Assembly (NCBI RefSeq): GCF_009914755.1
Contig: NC_060936.1
DNA: 64,000 nucleotides
DNA from: the human T2T-CHM13v2.0 reference genome, Homo sapiens
Direction: 5' to 3' (one strand)
Part shown: positions 14,258-27,220 of the stretch, one piece after another
Numbering within the stretch: the first letter of the stretch is position 1
Layout of the letters: every line of letters begins with the position of its first letter
Position numbers and translations under genes: made by a program
Notes under the pieces: generated by a model
What the model was told of the DNA's origin: nothing
Databases searched by the model: none
Seen by the model: the letters and a program-made list of their open reading frames with translations, nothing else

Positions 14258-14468
14258 AATGATCAGCAAACTTTTCTCTGTAAAAGGCCAGAGAGAAAAC
14301 ATTTTCAGCTGTGTAAACTATACAATCTCAGTTACAATTATGCCACTCTGCCAGCAGCCATAGACAAAATATACATGAATTGATGTGGTTGTGTTCCAAT
14401 AACATCTTGTTTACTAAAACAGATGGTTGGCCAGAATTGACCCATGGACTACAGTTTGCTGAGCCCTG
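14258..14468. mobile_element. MER58A DNA transposon
   Basis: cagcaaacttttctctgtaaaaggccaga...gcagccatagacaa...cagtttgctgagccctg. Confidence 0.85.
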
Positions 14469-16669
14469 CATTACTTGGTAACCCCTTTAGTTTAATAATA
14501 TAAAAATTACAAATCTCTGAAAGGCACTTATTCAAGATTTATTTTTCTACATTTTTGTACATGCTTGAGAATCAAACTAAACTGGCACATTTAAAATAAC
14601 TAGTACATTTTTTTCCTTTTAAGGGCATCCATTTGCTTATAAATATGTGCAGATTCATCACATTAATGGAATTTACATTTGTATTAATAAACACCATATA
14701 CTATATATACTATGTATCAATTTATTACATACATTTAAAAATTATACACTACACATTTGTATACAAATTTATTTATATATACTGATTGAATGCTAATGTT
14801 TCATATATTGTATATTTATATTCAATATGACATATTTACGCAAAGACTCATGTTGCTTCATGTTATTTTACATTCTCACCCGAAGTGAATAATGTCAGGA
14901 AAACCTGAATTTTTTGTCAGAATTAACACTTATTTTCCTCTGCAACCTCTAATAATGCTTCAAACTAAGATGGAAGATAGAGAATAACTGCTAATCATAT
15001 AGACATTTGAATCAGGTGACTGGACTTAAATCTCAGATTTATGTATCTAATAATAATGCATATTATTGATAGAATGCTGGTTTTCAAATTACTAAGTCCA
15101 AGCCTCATGCGTAGGCCACTGCAGTCCCTGTTTCAGAGCTTGGGCCCAAGAAAAGTGGTCCTCTGTGTAGTAGAGCTATCCTTGAGAAATGCAGGGTGTG
15201 GGAGGCAAGGGCAGTGAGGGGAGTGCATAAACAAACAGTGAATCTCAGAGAACACATAACACGTTTCAGAATCTGTCACATTTTTAAACCTAACAAATGG
15301 TAAAATTGAAGATCTGTTCCCACAGTGTCAGATTTTGTATATCTGTTGTCAAACATATCAGTCACTGAAGATATGAGATGAAGAAAACTACAAATAAATG
15401 ATCACAAAAAAGAAAATACGCTGATCCTTATTCTTGGATGGTGGTTGATTTATTCTGATCGGTATAATGCTGTGTTATAGTTGACATTTTTTTTGTACAG
15501 AGCCTAGAGAACAAATCTTAGAATGTTGAGCTGAGATGTGAAGTATGTTACAAGTATCATAAAGATATTACTATGAATTTCATGAAAATATTAAATCTTG
15601 CTATTAATAAGTCTTATTTCTTTCAAAAATATAGTGGACTCATGGTTAATATATCAATCCAACTCTCATGCATTTTCTTTCTGCAATCCTTCACTGGGAG
15701 ACAATGAATGGATTGGAATTAGAGCTAGTAACTGTAAACGTGTACACCTGGCTCATACAAACATAGGTATATATTACCCATTATGTGCATTGAGGTTGAC
15801 AAGTTTAAGAAATATGGTTTGGACAATTAATTCCATTGACTTGGAGACCTTAAAATGAACCATTATCAGGCTTACTTTATCATGCTTAATTTAAGTTTGT
15901 TAAGTCACCAGAGTCTAATAAATGGTGCAAGACAATACTTTCTGAGCTCTCAAATTCTAAACACAGAGAAATTTGATTAATAGTCCAATTAACAGTAGAT
16001 TCTGGAAATGCCACTTACAACAGGATTTAAAGGAGATCCTTAGGGCAGCAAGTATTTCTGCCATGAATTGCACACCTTTTACCTCCCAACACCATAACAA
16101 ACTGCCTAAGAGATCAGTACAAGGAAGAACACCATAATTATATTAATTAGCCTTCCCCAGAGAGATGATTAATTCATTATCATCATAATCTCAAACATCC
16201 CAGGGCATCCCTTATCACCTTGAGTCTTTTTCACATATATATGTGCACATTCCTTAATCTGATTCAAGTTCACGTCTTCTGTTCCAGACTCTCCCATTCT
16301 GCCCATTGAAACTCCCCTATGCAAATCCCCCTATGCCCTTAACTTCTATAAATGTTTTGTTTACTTTTTAACTCTTCCTGAAACTTGGCTATATGTTGAA
16401 GACACTTTTTCCCCTGTCACTCTCTCAAGTGTGGGCAATTTTCCCTTTACATCTTGCAGCATACAAGCCTACAAGTGGTATAGGTGTCATATTGTTGAGA
16501 GCGAATTCCAGGTTGCTATTTATCTTTGCCACCTTCCTAAAATCTCTGGCTACCTGACTGGATGTAGGTGACGTATGCCTCCTGCTTCCTCATCTTGGTT
16601 GAATTAATCTACTGTTACCTCCCAGGAATCATATTTCACCAAATGGTGTTTTCTTAAATGTCTTTTAAA

Positions 16670-16950
16670 TTAAAAAATTTTACATATGTATTGCTTACAA
16701 CATGATGCTTGGAAATATGTATACATTGTGGAATGTCTAAGTCTAATCAAGCTAATTGACATATGCATTACCTAACATAGTTATTATTTTTTTGTGGTGA
16801 GGATACTTAAAATATACATTCTTAGCAAATACAATATGTTGTTCTTACCTATAGTCTCCATGTTGTACAATAGATCTCTTGAAGTTGTTGCTCCTAACTG
16901 AAATTTTGTATCCTTTGACCAACGTCTTCCCAACCTTCTCCCTCCTTCTC
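16670..16950 (-). mobile_element. L1MA-type 3' UTR fragment
   Basis: gtatacattgtggaatg...caagctaattgacatatgcattacct...ccatgttgtacaatagatctcttgaa. Confidence 0.8.
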
Positions 16951-18205
16951 CAATGAGGTTACTGATGAACCTGAAACACTGACTTTCCATCACTCCTCTA
17001 TCATCCTTATTGGTGGCTTCAGTATTCACATTGATGACCCCTCCAACACCCTTGAGAGGCCTTAATCTTCTCAGTTCTATGGATCTTCATTGCCCCCCAT
17101 TCAGTTCACAGTCATATCCTGGACCCTGTCATTTCCAATAACTGTATCACCTTGAAACATCTTCATTTCAAACATCCTACTCTGCTTGCAGTCTCCTATC
17201 TTTGTAGCCTTGTTCTTCCAGTTTTTCTGCTCCAACAACTTGTCACCCTCCTTCTCCCTAGAATTCCCAACCTACTAATCCTACATATTTTCAGGATCAT
17301 GACTCATCTCATATCCTCCATTTCATTTCATCCAGGTTAGATGATATAATATATCATTGTATCATTCCTTTGCTTTCATCTTCAACTCTTTTGTGCCTAT
17401 CACTCTCACCTGAAAACATCTACCCTTGTTAAATCCTACTCTATGCTTATTCTATGCCTGCATTGACTTGATGACTTGATCATGGTATTTACTTTAAATT
17501 TATGACTACATAGTAAAGTGAGCCCTTAATCATTCTACATTTCTGTAATTATTTAGCTTTACTATTCTCCAAGAAAACAATCTCACATCTTTTTCCCTCC
17601 CTTCAAACCTCTAGTATACTCTTCCCTTCCTCAATCTTAGCCAATGACCTGGATATTTATTTCATTTTTTTTTTGTTTTACAAAAGCAATCAAAAGTAAA
17701 TTCCTTCTCTTATCTAGCTGCATCTGTACTCATATATCTTGTGTTCCCTCCTGGTATGCCATGTATGAATTTTCTGTACACTTATAGAGGCCAATTCCTC
17801 CAAAATGGTCTTGACCCTATGTCCTCTGGGTGCTTTTAAAACTTTGCTCTAAAAATTATCCACTCTTTCTCACATCATCAGGTCCCCACTCTTCCAACTA
17901 AATTATCTTTAAACAAACAGGCTTCAATATACCCTGTTTTAAGCAAATAAGAAACATTTCCTGATCTTGATTGCCCCTTTAGCTATGGTTTCTCTGTTAC
18001 TGTTAATAGCATATTCTTCAGAATGTTTTCTCTACAGTGTCCATTCTTTACCTCCCATTATCCTTTGAGCTCTCTTTAATCAGGCCTTGAGTTTTGCCTG
18101 GGCTCTAAGTTTGCTGTGTAATGGTCAGCTAAGAGCCCTATTTTACTTGGCCCCTCTATAGCCTATAGGAGAGTTGTTCACTCACTCTTTCAAGACTTTA
18201 TTCTC

Positions 18206-18565
<360 letters not shown>

Positions 18566-19556
18566 TCACTGGCTATTCCTTCTCAGACTCCTTTCCTGTG
18601 TACTTCTTATTTTCCCAATGTTTATATATTTGATATTCCAAGAATGGACTCCTTGGTCTCTTCTTTTCTCTAGTGTATCTCTCTCTATTGATCTTATTCA
18701 GTACTGTGGCTTTGAAGCCACCTGTATGCTGATGCATTTATATCTTCACGTCCGACCTCTGTGGACTCTAATTTCTTATTTGAAATTTCCAATGTGAAAT
18801 TCAAATGCAAACATTTCAAACACAGAACTCTTCTTTCACCCGTCAAGCCTACTCTTCTACCTTTTTCATTTTCGTAAACGGCAAACCCATGCATCAGGCT
18901 GCTCTTGTAAAACAGAATCAGAGTCATCCTTGATTCATATTTCCTGTATACCTTTTATGTAATCTATCAGCAAATCCTACAGGTTTTTGCCTTAAAAATA
19001 ATCTCATGTTTTACTAATTCTCCACATTTTCGCTGCTATTCCAAGTCACCAAGCCATCACCTTTTTCCTCCTGGACTATTGCAACAGCTTCTAAATTACT
19101 CTTCTTACTTGAACTTTTGCAACTTTTCCTATTGTCCATTCTATTGTCAAACAACAACCAAGAGTAAACCTTTAAAAACACAAGTCACGCTACATGAGTA
19201 TCTTCCTCTATTTCTTCCTATCAAATTTAAAACAAGTCCTCACATCAGCCTATGAGGCCCTCCACCATCTAATCCCTGTTACCTTGCTGACCCAACCCAC
19301 CATTCTCCTTGTGCTCACCCCTCCCTATTGATACAATCTTTTTATGCTTATTTGAATGCATCACTTTTATTTCCCTCAGAAACTTTACATTGTCATTCCC
19401 TTGGTCTGAAATGCTTTTCACTAGAAATGTATTTTGGAAATATGTTCAAGTGCTACTTTCTGAGAGAGAGAGAGAGAGACAAAGAGAGGCATAGAAACAT
19501 CCCCTGATGACATTATCAAAAGTAACTGCCCATTAGAACCTTTTTGGCATTTTTTA

Positions 19557-20149
19557 AATTAATTAATTAATTTATTTATTTATTATTATCATACTTTAAG
19601 TTTTAGGGTACATGTGCACAATGTGCAGGTTAGTTACATATGTATACATATGCCATGCTGGTGCGCTGCACCCACTAACTCGTCATCTAGCATTAGGTAT
19701 ATCTCCCAATGCTATCCCTCCCCCCTCCCCCAACCCCACAACAGTCCCCAGAGTGTGATGTTCCCCTTCCTGTGTCCATGTGTTCTCATTGTTCAATTCC
19801 CACCTATGAGTGAGAATATGAGGTGTTTGGTTTTTTGTTCTTGTGATAGTTTACTGAGAATGATGATTTCCAATTTCATCCATGTCCCTACAAAGGACAT
19901 GAACTCATCCTTTTTTATGGCTGCATAGTATTCCATGGTGTATATGTGCCACATTTTCTTAATCCAGTCTATCATTGTTGGACATTTGGATTGGTTCCAA
20001 GTCTTTGCTATTGTGAATAATGCTGCAATAAACATACGTGTGCATGTGTCTTTATAGCAGCATGATTTATAGTCCTCTGGGTATATACCCAGTAATGGGA
20101 TGGCTGGGTCAAATGGTATTTCTAGTTCTAGATCCCTGAGGAATCGCCA
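19557..20149 (-). mobile_element. 5'-truncated young L1PA (L1PA2/3-like, not L1HS-Ta)
   Basis: ORF 19793..20206 matches the L1 ORF2p C-terminus (WRFLRDLELEIPFDPAIPLLGIYP...TRMFIAALFTIAKTWNQ). The 3' UTR has GAG rather than ACA at the Ta site. TSD cttttt g(g/t) cattttt(t)a at ~19540-19556 and ~20150-20166. Confidence 0.93.
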
Positions 20150-20658
20150 CTTTTTGTCATTTTTTATAGCATTTATTACGTTCCATTGTATTATGTACTT
20201 TGCCATTTATATAGCAGTGTCTATTTATTCAATTGAAAGTTTCATGAGGACAAGAATTTTATCACGATATTCTTAATGTTTCCAACAGTACTTGACATAT
20301 GGTAGATGTTTAACAAATATGCATTAGATAAGAGAATTATCAAAATATCAGTGTTTTGTTTCAAATTACTTCTGACTTAGTCTTTTCTATAAGAAATTTG
20401 AACAACTTTTCAATTACTTTAAGTCAGCAGAACAGCATTTTTAATAAATTAAATCTTATTTGGGGTCCCTATGAAGACAACAAATGGAAGCAGAGCTTCT
20501 CTGGTTAATGGGAGTGAGGGATTGGTAGGGCATCCCTCACTCTACCCATCTTCCAGAGGTGCAGATTAAGTTGTTAGATGCTTTACGTTAATATAACCAT
20601 TTTTACTAGTCCAAGCTTGACATATTTACAAATTAATAGAAAAATTAAAACTCTAAGG

Positions 20659-20987
20659 CAGGGTTCCCCAACCCCCAGGCTGGTGCCAGTCCATGGCCTG
20701 GTAGGAACTGGGCCTCTCAGTGGGAGGTGGCCAGTGAGCATTACTGCCAGAGCTCTGCCTCCTCTCAGATCAGTGGTGGCACTAGATTCTCATAGGAGCA
20801 CAAACCCTACTGTGAACTGCCCATGCAAGGGATCTTTAGGTTGCATACTCCTTATGAGAATCTAATTCCTGATGATCTGAGATGAAATAGTTTCATCCTG
20901 AAGCCATCCCATACCCCCACCTCTGTCTGTGGAAAAATTATCTTCCACAAAACTGGTCCCCGAAGCCAAAAAGGCTGGGAACGTCTG
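20659..20987. mobile_element. MER1B (hAT-Charlie) DNA transposon
   Basis: cagggttccccaacccc...tagattctcataggagc...aaaaaggctgggaacgtctg; degenerate 8-bp TSD ctctaagg / ctttaagt. Confidence 0.9.
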
Positions 20988-21689
20988 CTTTAAGTATTAT
21001 CTGAAGGCTAATGTTAGAAAAATCTTCACAGAGTGGCTTAATAGAAACTTACAAACATTAGATCATGAAATTGAGTTTGCAAGAGAGGAATATCAATTTT
21101 TATTTGGAAAGTACTAACCATTTTATCCAGCAAGTGGGTCATTTTCCAATTTCTAGAATAATCTGACTCTAAATTTGCTAATATTTTATTTATTTAATAA
21201 TAATAAACTACTCTTGTGCTGCTTGTAAACATATAGGAAACAGAGATGTTTTACTTATTATTCACATAAGAACATAAATGTCAATGTTTCAAATTCTATT
21301 TCTCACCAAGAAACTGATTTTTATCATGAAAAACACTATAGTTCTTGGCAAAAGTGAAAATTTTCACACAGAAAGTTTAAATTAAACCCAGTTTGTAATT
21401 ATTGAGACATATAAGCTCAAAAATAACTTTCTTTCACTGGATTTTAGATGATTTCTGCATGTTTAGTTAAAAATCTTGTTGTTTTTTTCGTTCTGATTCT
21501 TTATTAAAGTGTAGTTATTCTTGTAACTTTAAAAACTAGGCTACTTTTTAAAAAAAGAGTAAACTTTCAATGATAAATGACTGACAGATTTCTAGATTCT
21601 TTATTGCCTCTGTATCTCAATTTTCTGTGGTCTATTTTAAAATGTAGATGAATAAGCTATCAAGGGATAAAATGGAGTGCCATGATTTC

Positions 21690-21790
21690 AGTTTTAATTT
21701 CCCACTCTGCCACTAACTCACTCTTTAATCTTGGGCAAAAATCTCTCTGGACCTCAGTTTTTTAATCTAATAAATGGGTATCTTATGATT
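21690..21790 (+). mobile_element. MIR fragment
   Basis: ctctgccactaact...cttgggcaa...ctctctggacctcagttt core. Confidence 0.7.
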
Positions 21791-22999
21791 TGTTATATTC
21801 TTTTTGTCTAGGGTATTGACAACTGGGTGTCAAGCCTTTTGAGTAAGAAAGTCACTTATTGGGTGAATATAGAGTAGATACCTATATTAAAATTTTCTAT
21901 CTGATTAGGCAAGGGTATCTGCTTGTATATTAGTAAAATGAATTTTTACAGTGAAAATTTACTTATAGGACACTACAGCAGAAGGTATTTTATACAGTGT
22001 TCAAGTTTATTAATATTAAAATTATTCCTTGGTTTTTGAGAGTTATTACATGGCAATGTGAGAAACTAGGTGTTGGTATTAATTACTGTTGGTACGAGCA
22101 ATTCTTTTGCTCAAAGAAGAGATACATCTTGGACTACGCCTACATTTAATTTAATATGTAAGTGTAAGCAAAATCAGGTTTTACATACTGACAAATAAAA
22201 ATTCTCAGTGTAAACTGGTGTTTTTTATGCCCATTAGCAGTTATGCACTGAGGGAGCTTTCATTTATAGATATTAGATATTCTCAAACCTTGGGAGAGTA
22301 GTGAGGACTTTGCAGAGATACTGGCAGAAATACCTTTCAAGCTATTACCATGTATTTATAAGTAACTTTAGGAAACCAGATCTGTAGTTTTAGAGATTTT
22401 AAATAAACCATGTTAGAACTGAATTACAGGTTGCATGTATTGTTAAACCACATATTTTATTTTATTGTACGTTGTATACTATTCAGTCTTAAGAAAAAGT
22501 TTGTCTTAATTAGAGAAGCTATGATTTCCAAAACACTTTGCGTGTTGAATAATGTTCTCTTGTGTCTTCTTACCTAGAGCACTTTACTTATTTGCTTAAA
22601 GAAGTGACTTTCAATTATAAAAGAAGAAAATGGAGTAAAATAATTTCTTCTTCTTGGGTTACTATATTTTATATACAGTTAAGATAAATGCACTCCAATG
22701 TGCTGAGAATATTTAGGGAATTTTTTATAAAATAAAATATTTTAAGATGGTCCTATTTAGCCAATTTCTCCTTTTTTTCTATGCTTAACTCTTTATTCAG
22801 CTCTACTTGTTTTCTAAAAGAGTTACAGTAGGAAAAAATGTAAAAATGAGAGAATGATTTTTAACCATTTTATAAACTTTTAAGTGATATTTGGCTTTTG
22901 GTGGGTATTTGTCTTGTTTAAAGGCAGATCTCTATGACAGTTTTGCTTTCTCAATTTCTCATTAAGGAGTTAATACATACCTAATACTAACTACGGCAA

Positions 23000-23230
23000 C
23001 AATAATAGCTAACACCCACTGAGGTCTTGCTATATACAAGGCTCTTGCTTAACATGCATTATCTCATTTAATTCTTACATCCTTATGTGGTAATTACTAA
23101 CATTATCCTCATTTTACTAATGAGGAAATTTTAAAGAGGTTGAGCAGCTTGCCTAGAATCACATTTGAAGCAAGTGGAAAAGTTAAGGTTTGCACCCAAG
23201 TAATGCACTCCAGAGCCAGCAACTGACCAT
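23000..23230 (-). mobile_element. MIR
   Basis: attatctcatttaattcttaca...attatcctcattttactaatgaggaaa. Confidence 0.75.
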
Positions 23231-23754
23231 TACATCAACAGAGAAGTCTGTGTTTTCCTTTACACTGGCAATTGACAATTTAAAAATGTAATTAAAATGA
23301 ACAAGTTCACATCAACAACAGATTTTCATAAAATACCCAGTGATGTAATTAATAAGAAATGTTTGAACCTTATATTCAATGCCATTTAAACATCTATGTA
23401 AATTATTTTTTATATCATCTTATAATAAAGTTGGGAACTTAACAGAGTGATCCTGAAGTTTGGTTGTAATAATAGAAATAGATGAGCAAGGAGGAACCAC
23501 GACCATTTGGAAAGAGAATAGTAATAACTTGGGTTGGAGAGTGTTTGCCTTTCTAGATATGAATAGTAAGCTATTAGGTGGAATTGATTGCCTGGGATGA
23601 GTAACATCTTTTTCTCTGTTTCAGTATTTTGAACACTTTAAAATGTTTTTGGTAGTGGGTTTGAAGCTTAAAATGGTTACTACTACTGATTTTCTTGATG
23701 GTATTCCATTATACTTACCTTTTTTTGAGATTCTCCAGCTATTTCCTTAACAAG

Positions 23755-24450
23755 TCTTTATTAGTTTTTAGGGCTGCTGTAGAAAAGTACCACAAACTGG
23801 CTGGCTAAAACAACAGAAATTGATTGTCTCATAGCTCTGGAGGCCAAAATTCCAGATCAAGGTGTTGGTAGGATTGGTTTCTTTTGAGGGCTGTGAGGAA
23901 TAATCTGTCCTAGGGGTGTCCAATCTTTTGGCTTCCCTGGGCCATGTTGGAAGAAGAATTGTTTTGGGTCACACATGAAATTCACTAACACTAATGACAG
24001 CTGATGAGCTAAAAAAAAAACCGCAAAAAAAAAATCTCATAATGTTTTAAGAAAGTTTGCAAATTTGTGTTGGGCCACATTCAAAGCCATCCTGGGCTGT
24101 AGACAGCACATGGGCTGCAGGTTGGACAAGCTTGTTCTATCCCATGCCTCTCTCTTGGCTTCTAGGGGCATGGTGGCCATCTTTGGTGTTCCTTGGTCTG
24201 GGGAAGCATTACTTCAATCTCTGCCTTTATCTTTTAGTGGCATCCTTCCTGTGCATGTCTTCCTACTGCCTGGGTCTGTCCCTTTGTCAAAATTTTCTCT
24301 TTTTATATCGACACCAGTCATATTGAATCAGGGCCCACCCTAATGATATCATCTTAAGTTGATCCTGTGCAAAGACTATTTCCAAGTAAGGTCACATTCA
24401 CAGGTACTGAGGGTTAGGATGTCAACTTCTTTCTGCAGACCACAATTACA
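23755..24450 (-). mobile_element. MLT1B/C-family LTR interrupted by MER30
   Basis: agggctgctgtagaaaagtaccacaaactgg...caaagactatttccaagtaaggtcacattcacaggtac. Confidence 0.85.
23911..24134. mobile_element. MER30 DNA transposon nested in the MLT1 LTR
   Basis: ggggtgtccaatcttttggcttccctgggcca...gggccacattcaaagccatcctggg...ggttggacaagcttg; TSD atctgtcc / ttctatcc. Confidence 0.88.
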
Positions 24451-25149
24451 TACATAAAAATATCCCATTCTAGTTTTAATGATGCTAGATTTCTTATGAA
24501 ATAGCCTCATTGATTTTTTTTTCTGTAGGGCACAACTTTTTTGTCCTTTATTTCCTAAGGTAAAAGGTAAGTAGTCCATGTTGGAGAGACCATCTGACTC
24601 TCATATGGTGGAGGTGTGAGTGTCTTCACTCTGTCTCAGAGTTGAGGACCAGCTCTAAGCTGATGACTACTTCCTCACGAATCTCCCTTTGCTTCGTCCA
24701 ATCTCATTATTTAGCCAGTTGGTACCTTCTCATTTGGTGATTCTGGCAGAAGATCACATACACAGTTTAGTTAAGCCTGGAAAAATCTGGTACCTATGAT
24801 GGGCACTGGGGCAACAGAGGTGACTAATGTATAATAACCCCCAACACACTCGCATACATACATGCACACATGGGCCTCTCTCAGGAAGCTGACAATCTAG
24901 TGGCATGGACAAAGAGACACATGATACATAATGTGGCAAGGACCGAGATAAAAGCTTGTTTGGTTTGTTGTGAGAGCACAAAGGAGGGTCTCTTCCTTGA
25001 ATAAATCATTGAGCTGAGTCTTGAAGAATGAAGGTGATGTGAGAAATACAGGGAACATTCAGGGCCTTTGTATTTATTTTTCAGACAAAATAATAAAATC
25101 AGACTAAATTATTTTGTCATCCTTTTTTCATCCAATACACTTTTGCATT

Positions 25150-25320
25150 GTTTGCTATGTGCCAAGCACAATTCTGTTTTACATATCTTTTTTTATTTCA
25201 TTCTCACAGCAACCTGGTGAAACAGGTCCTAATATTTTTCACATATTTTCCGTGAGGAAACTGAGGCTCAGAAAAATTAAAAGCTTGCCTGGGATCCCTG
25301 GGATTCAATCCCAAGTTAGA
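25150..25320 (-). mobile_element. MIR
   Basis: tatgtgccaagcac...gtgaggaaactgaggctcagaaaaattaa...gggattcaatccca. Confidence 0.7.
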
Positions 25321-25830
25321 CTTACTCTAAATATTTATACTTGCCTTCAGGAAAAAATGTATTCCAAAACGAGAGCCAGGACTGCATTCCCAGGGACCTG
25401 GATTAGATGCTGGAGTAGAATAAGCCAGATCCAAAGGCAGCAGAATTTGAAATCAAAGGTTAAATAAGATTCTGGAATGATGCCAACATTGAAACCCAGC
25501 TAGGAAGTCCAAGCCTGACTTCTGTCTGAAGTGGATAGTCAGAATAGCAGAAGTCAACAGGAAGGAAACCAGCATTACCAGGTCAGATTATGGGGGCTCA
25601 GAGTGGAGTGGAGGGGGTAGGTCATAGTTGAAGATGGTTTTCAGCAGGCATTTCTGATTTTGACTATGGATAGGAAGAAAAATGTTAAGGAAATCAAGTT
25701 GACTTAGACGAAGTTTGTCGTTTTTACAAGTAAACAGAATGCACACAAGCACATCTTTGCCTCTGTGTGTGTGTGTCTGTGTTTCTATGATATGAGTACT
25801 CAGTATGTTGTACTAGTCGTACTAGCCAGA

Positions 25831-26542
25831 TGTATTAGTCCGTTTTCAAGCTGCTGATAAAGACATAACCGAGGGCTGAGCTTGGTGGCTCATGCCTGTA
25901 ATCCTAGCACTTTGGGAGGCTGAGGCGGGTGGATCACCTGAGCTCAGGAGTTCAAGACCAACCTGGGCAACATGATGAAACCCTGTCTCTACTAAAAACA
26001 CAGAGAAAATTAGCCAGGCAAAAATTAGCTGGGCATGGTGACACACACCTGAAGTCCCAGCTGCTGCAGAGGCTGAGACAGGAGAATTGCTTGACCTGGC
26101 AGGCAGATGTTGCAGTGAGCTGAGATCATGCCACTGCACTCCAGCTTGGGCAGCCTGGGGAACAGAGTGAGATTCTGTCTCAAAAAACAAAACAAAACAA
26201 AACAAAAAACAAAAACACATCATAATAAGATTTGTTATAAAGGAAAGAGGTTTAATTGACTCACAGTTTCACATGACTGGGGAGGCCTCACAATCATGGC
26301 AGAAGGTGAAGGAAGAGCAAAGAAACATCTTACATGGTGGCTGGCAAAAAGAGTTTATGCAGGGAAACTCCTCTTTATAAAACCATCAGATCTCACGAAA
26401 CTTACTATCATGACAACAGCACAAGAAAGACCTACCCTCATGATTCAATCACCTCCCATCAGGTCCTTCTCACCACACATGGGAATTATGGGAGCTACAA
26501 TTCAATATAAGATTTGGGTGAGATCACAGCCAAACCATATCA
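25831..26542 (-). mobile_element. THE1B-like MaLR solo LTR with TSD CCAGA, interrupted by an Alu
   Basis: TGTATTAGTCCGTTTTCA...CAGCCAAACCATATCA; CCAGA at 25826-25830 and 26543-26547. Confidence 0.93.
25874..26215 (+). mobile_element. AluS/J-type element nested in the THE1 LTR, with (CAAAA)n tail
   Basis: Complete dimeric Alu with cctgagctcaggagttcaagacc; contains two small internal duplications. Confidence 0.93.
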
Positions 26543-26547
26543 CCAGA

Positions 26548-26720
26548 GTATGCGGGTTAAAAGTCTTACCTCTGCTACTTCTGAGATATGTAACCATGGG
26601 CAAGTTTGTTATCCTGTCAGTGCCTTGTCTATAAAATGAGGATAATAATACTATCTGCATGTAAATCACATAGACCAATACCTAGTGTACAATAACTTCA
26701 TAATTAACAGTAGCTATGGA
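26548..26720 (+). mobile_element. MIR
   Basis: ctctgctactt...ccatgggcaagtt...ctataaaatgaggataataata. Confidence 0.7.
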
Positions 26721-27167
26721 TTAGCTGTGATAAATTCTTGAAGGAGATTGTAATGAGGGAGACAGATCTAAGTAACAAATTACAGTATAATTATAATGAT
26801 TATTTCTTGAGTGCCTACTATGTTTAATGTGTGTGCTAAGGACTTTTAGGGGTTAATTCCACTTAATCCTTATCATTAGCTGTTTTTACAAAAGACAAAA
26901 CTGAGACAATAAGGGGAATCATGTATAGATATATCTGATAGAGCACTATCCCAAGACATCGTAACTTGGCTGTGGGTGAGGGAACAGATTATGTAAGACT
27001 TCATAGAGGAGATAATGTTTAATTTTTTATCTATGAACTTGTAGAATATTTGTTTATAACTTGCCTATTTTTGTTCATTTAAATGGATCTCTCCATAGAT
27101 CATTGTGTTTACTATGTTTATGATGTCTTCACTCTCTGCAATGGTCACCTACTGTGATTTGAGTTAT

Positions 27168-27220
27168 CTGTACATTGGCATCTCTGGTCTCTAGCTGTAC
27201 ATTGGTATCTCTGGTCTCTA
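27168..27220 (+). repeat. 27-bp tandem duplication
   Basis: ctgtacattgg(c/t)atctctggtctcta occurs twice with one mismatch. Confidence 0.92.

Noticed and set aside
19793-20206. 137-aa ORF similar to L1 ORF2p
   Set aside because: It is only the C-terminal stub of a 5'-truncated L1, with no promoter and no EN or RT domains.
22060-22165. GTAAGT donor at ~22158 suggesting an exon
   Set aside because: There is no credible upstream acceptor, and two of three frames contain stops.
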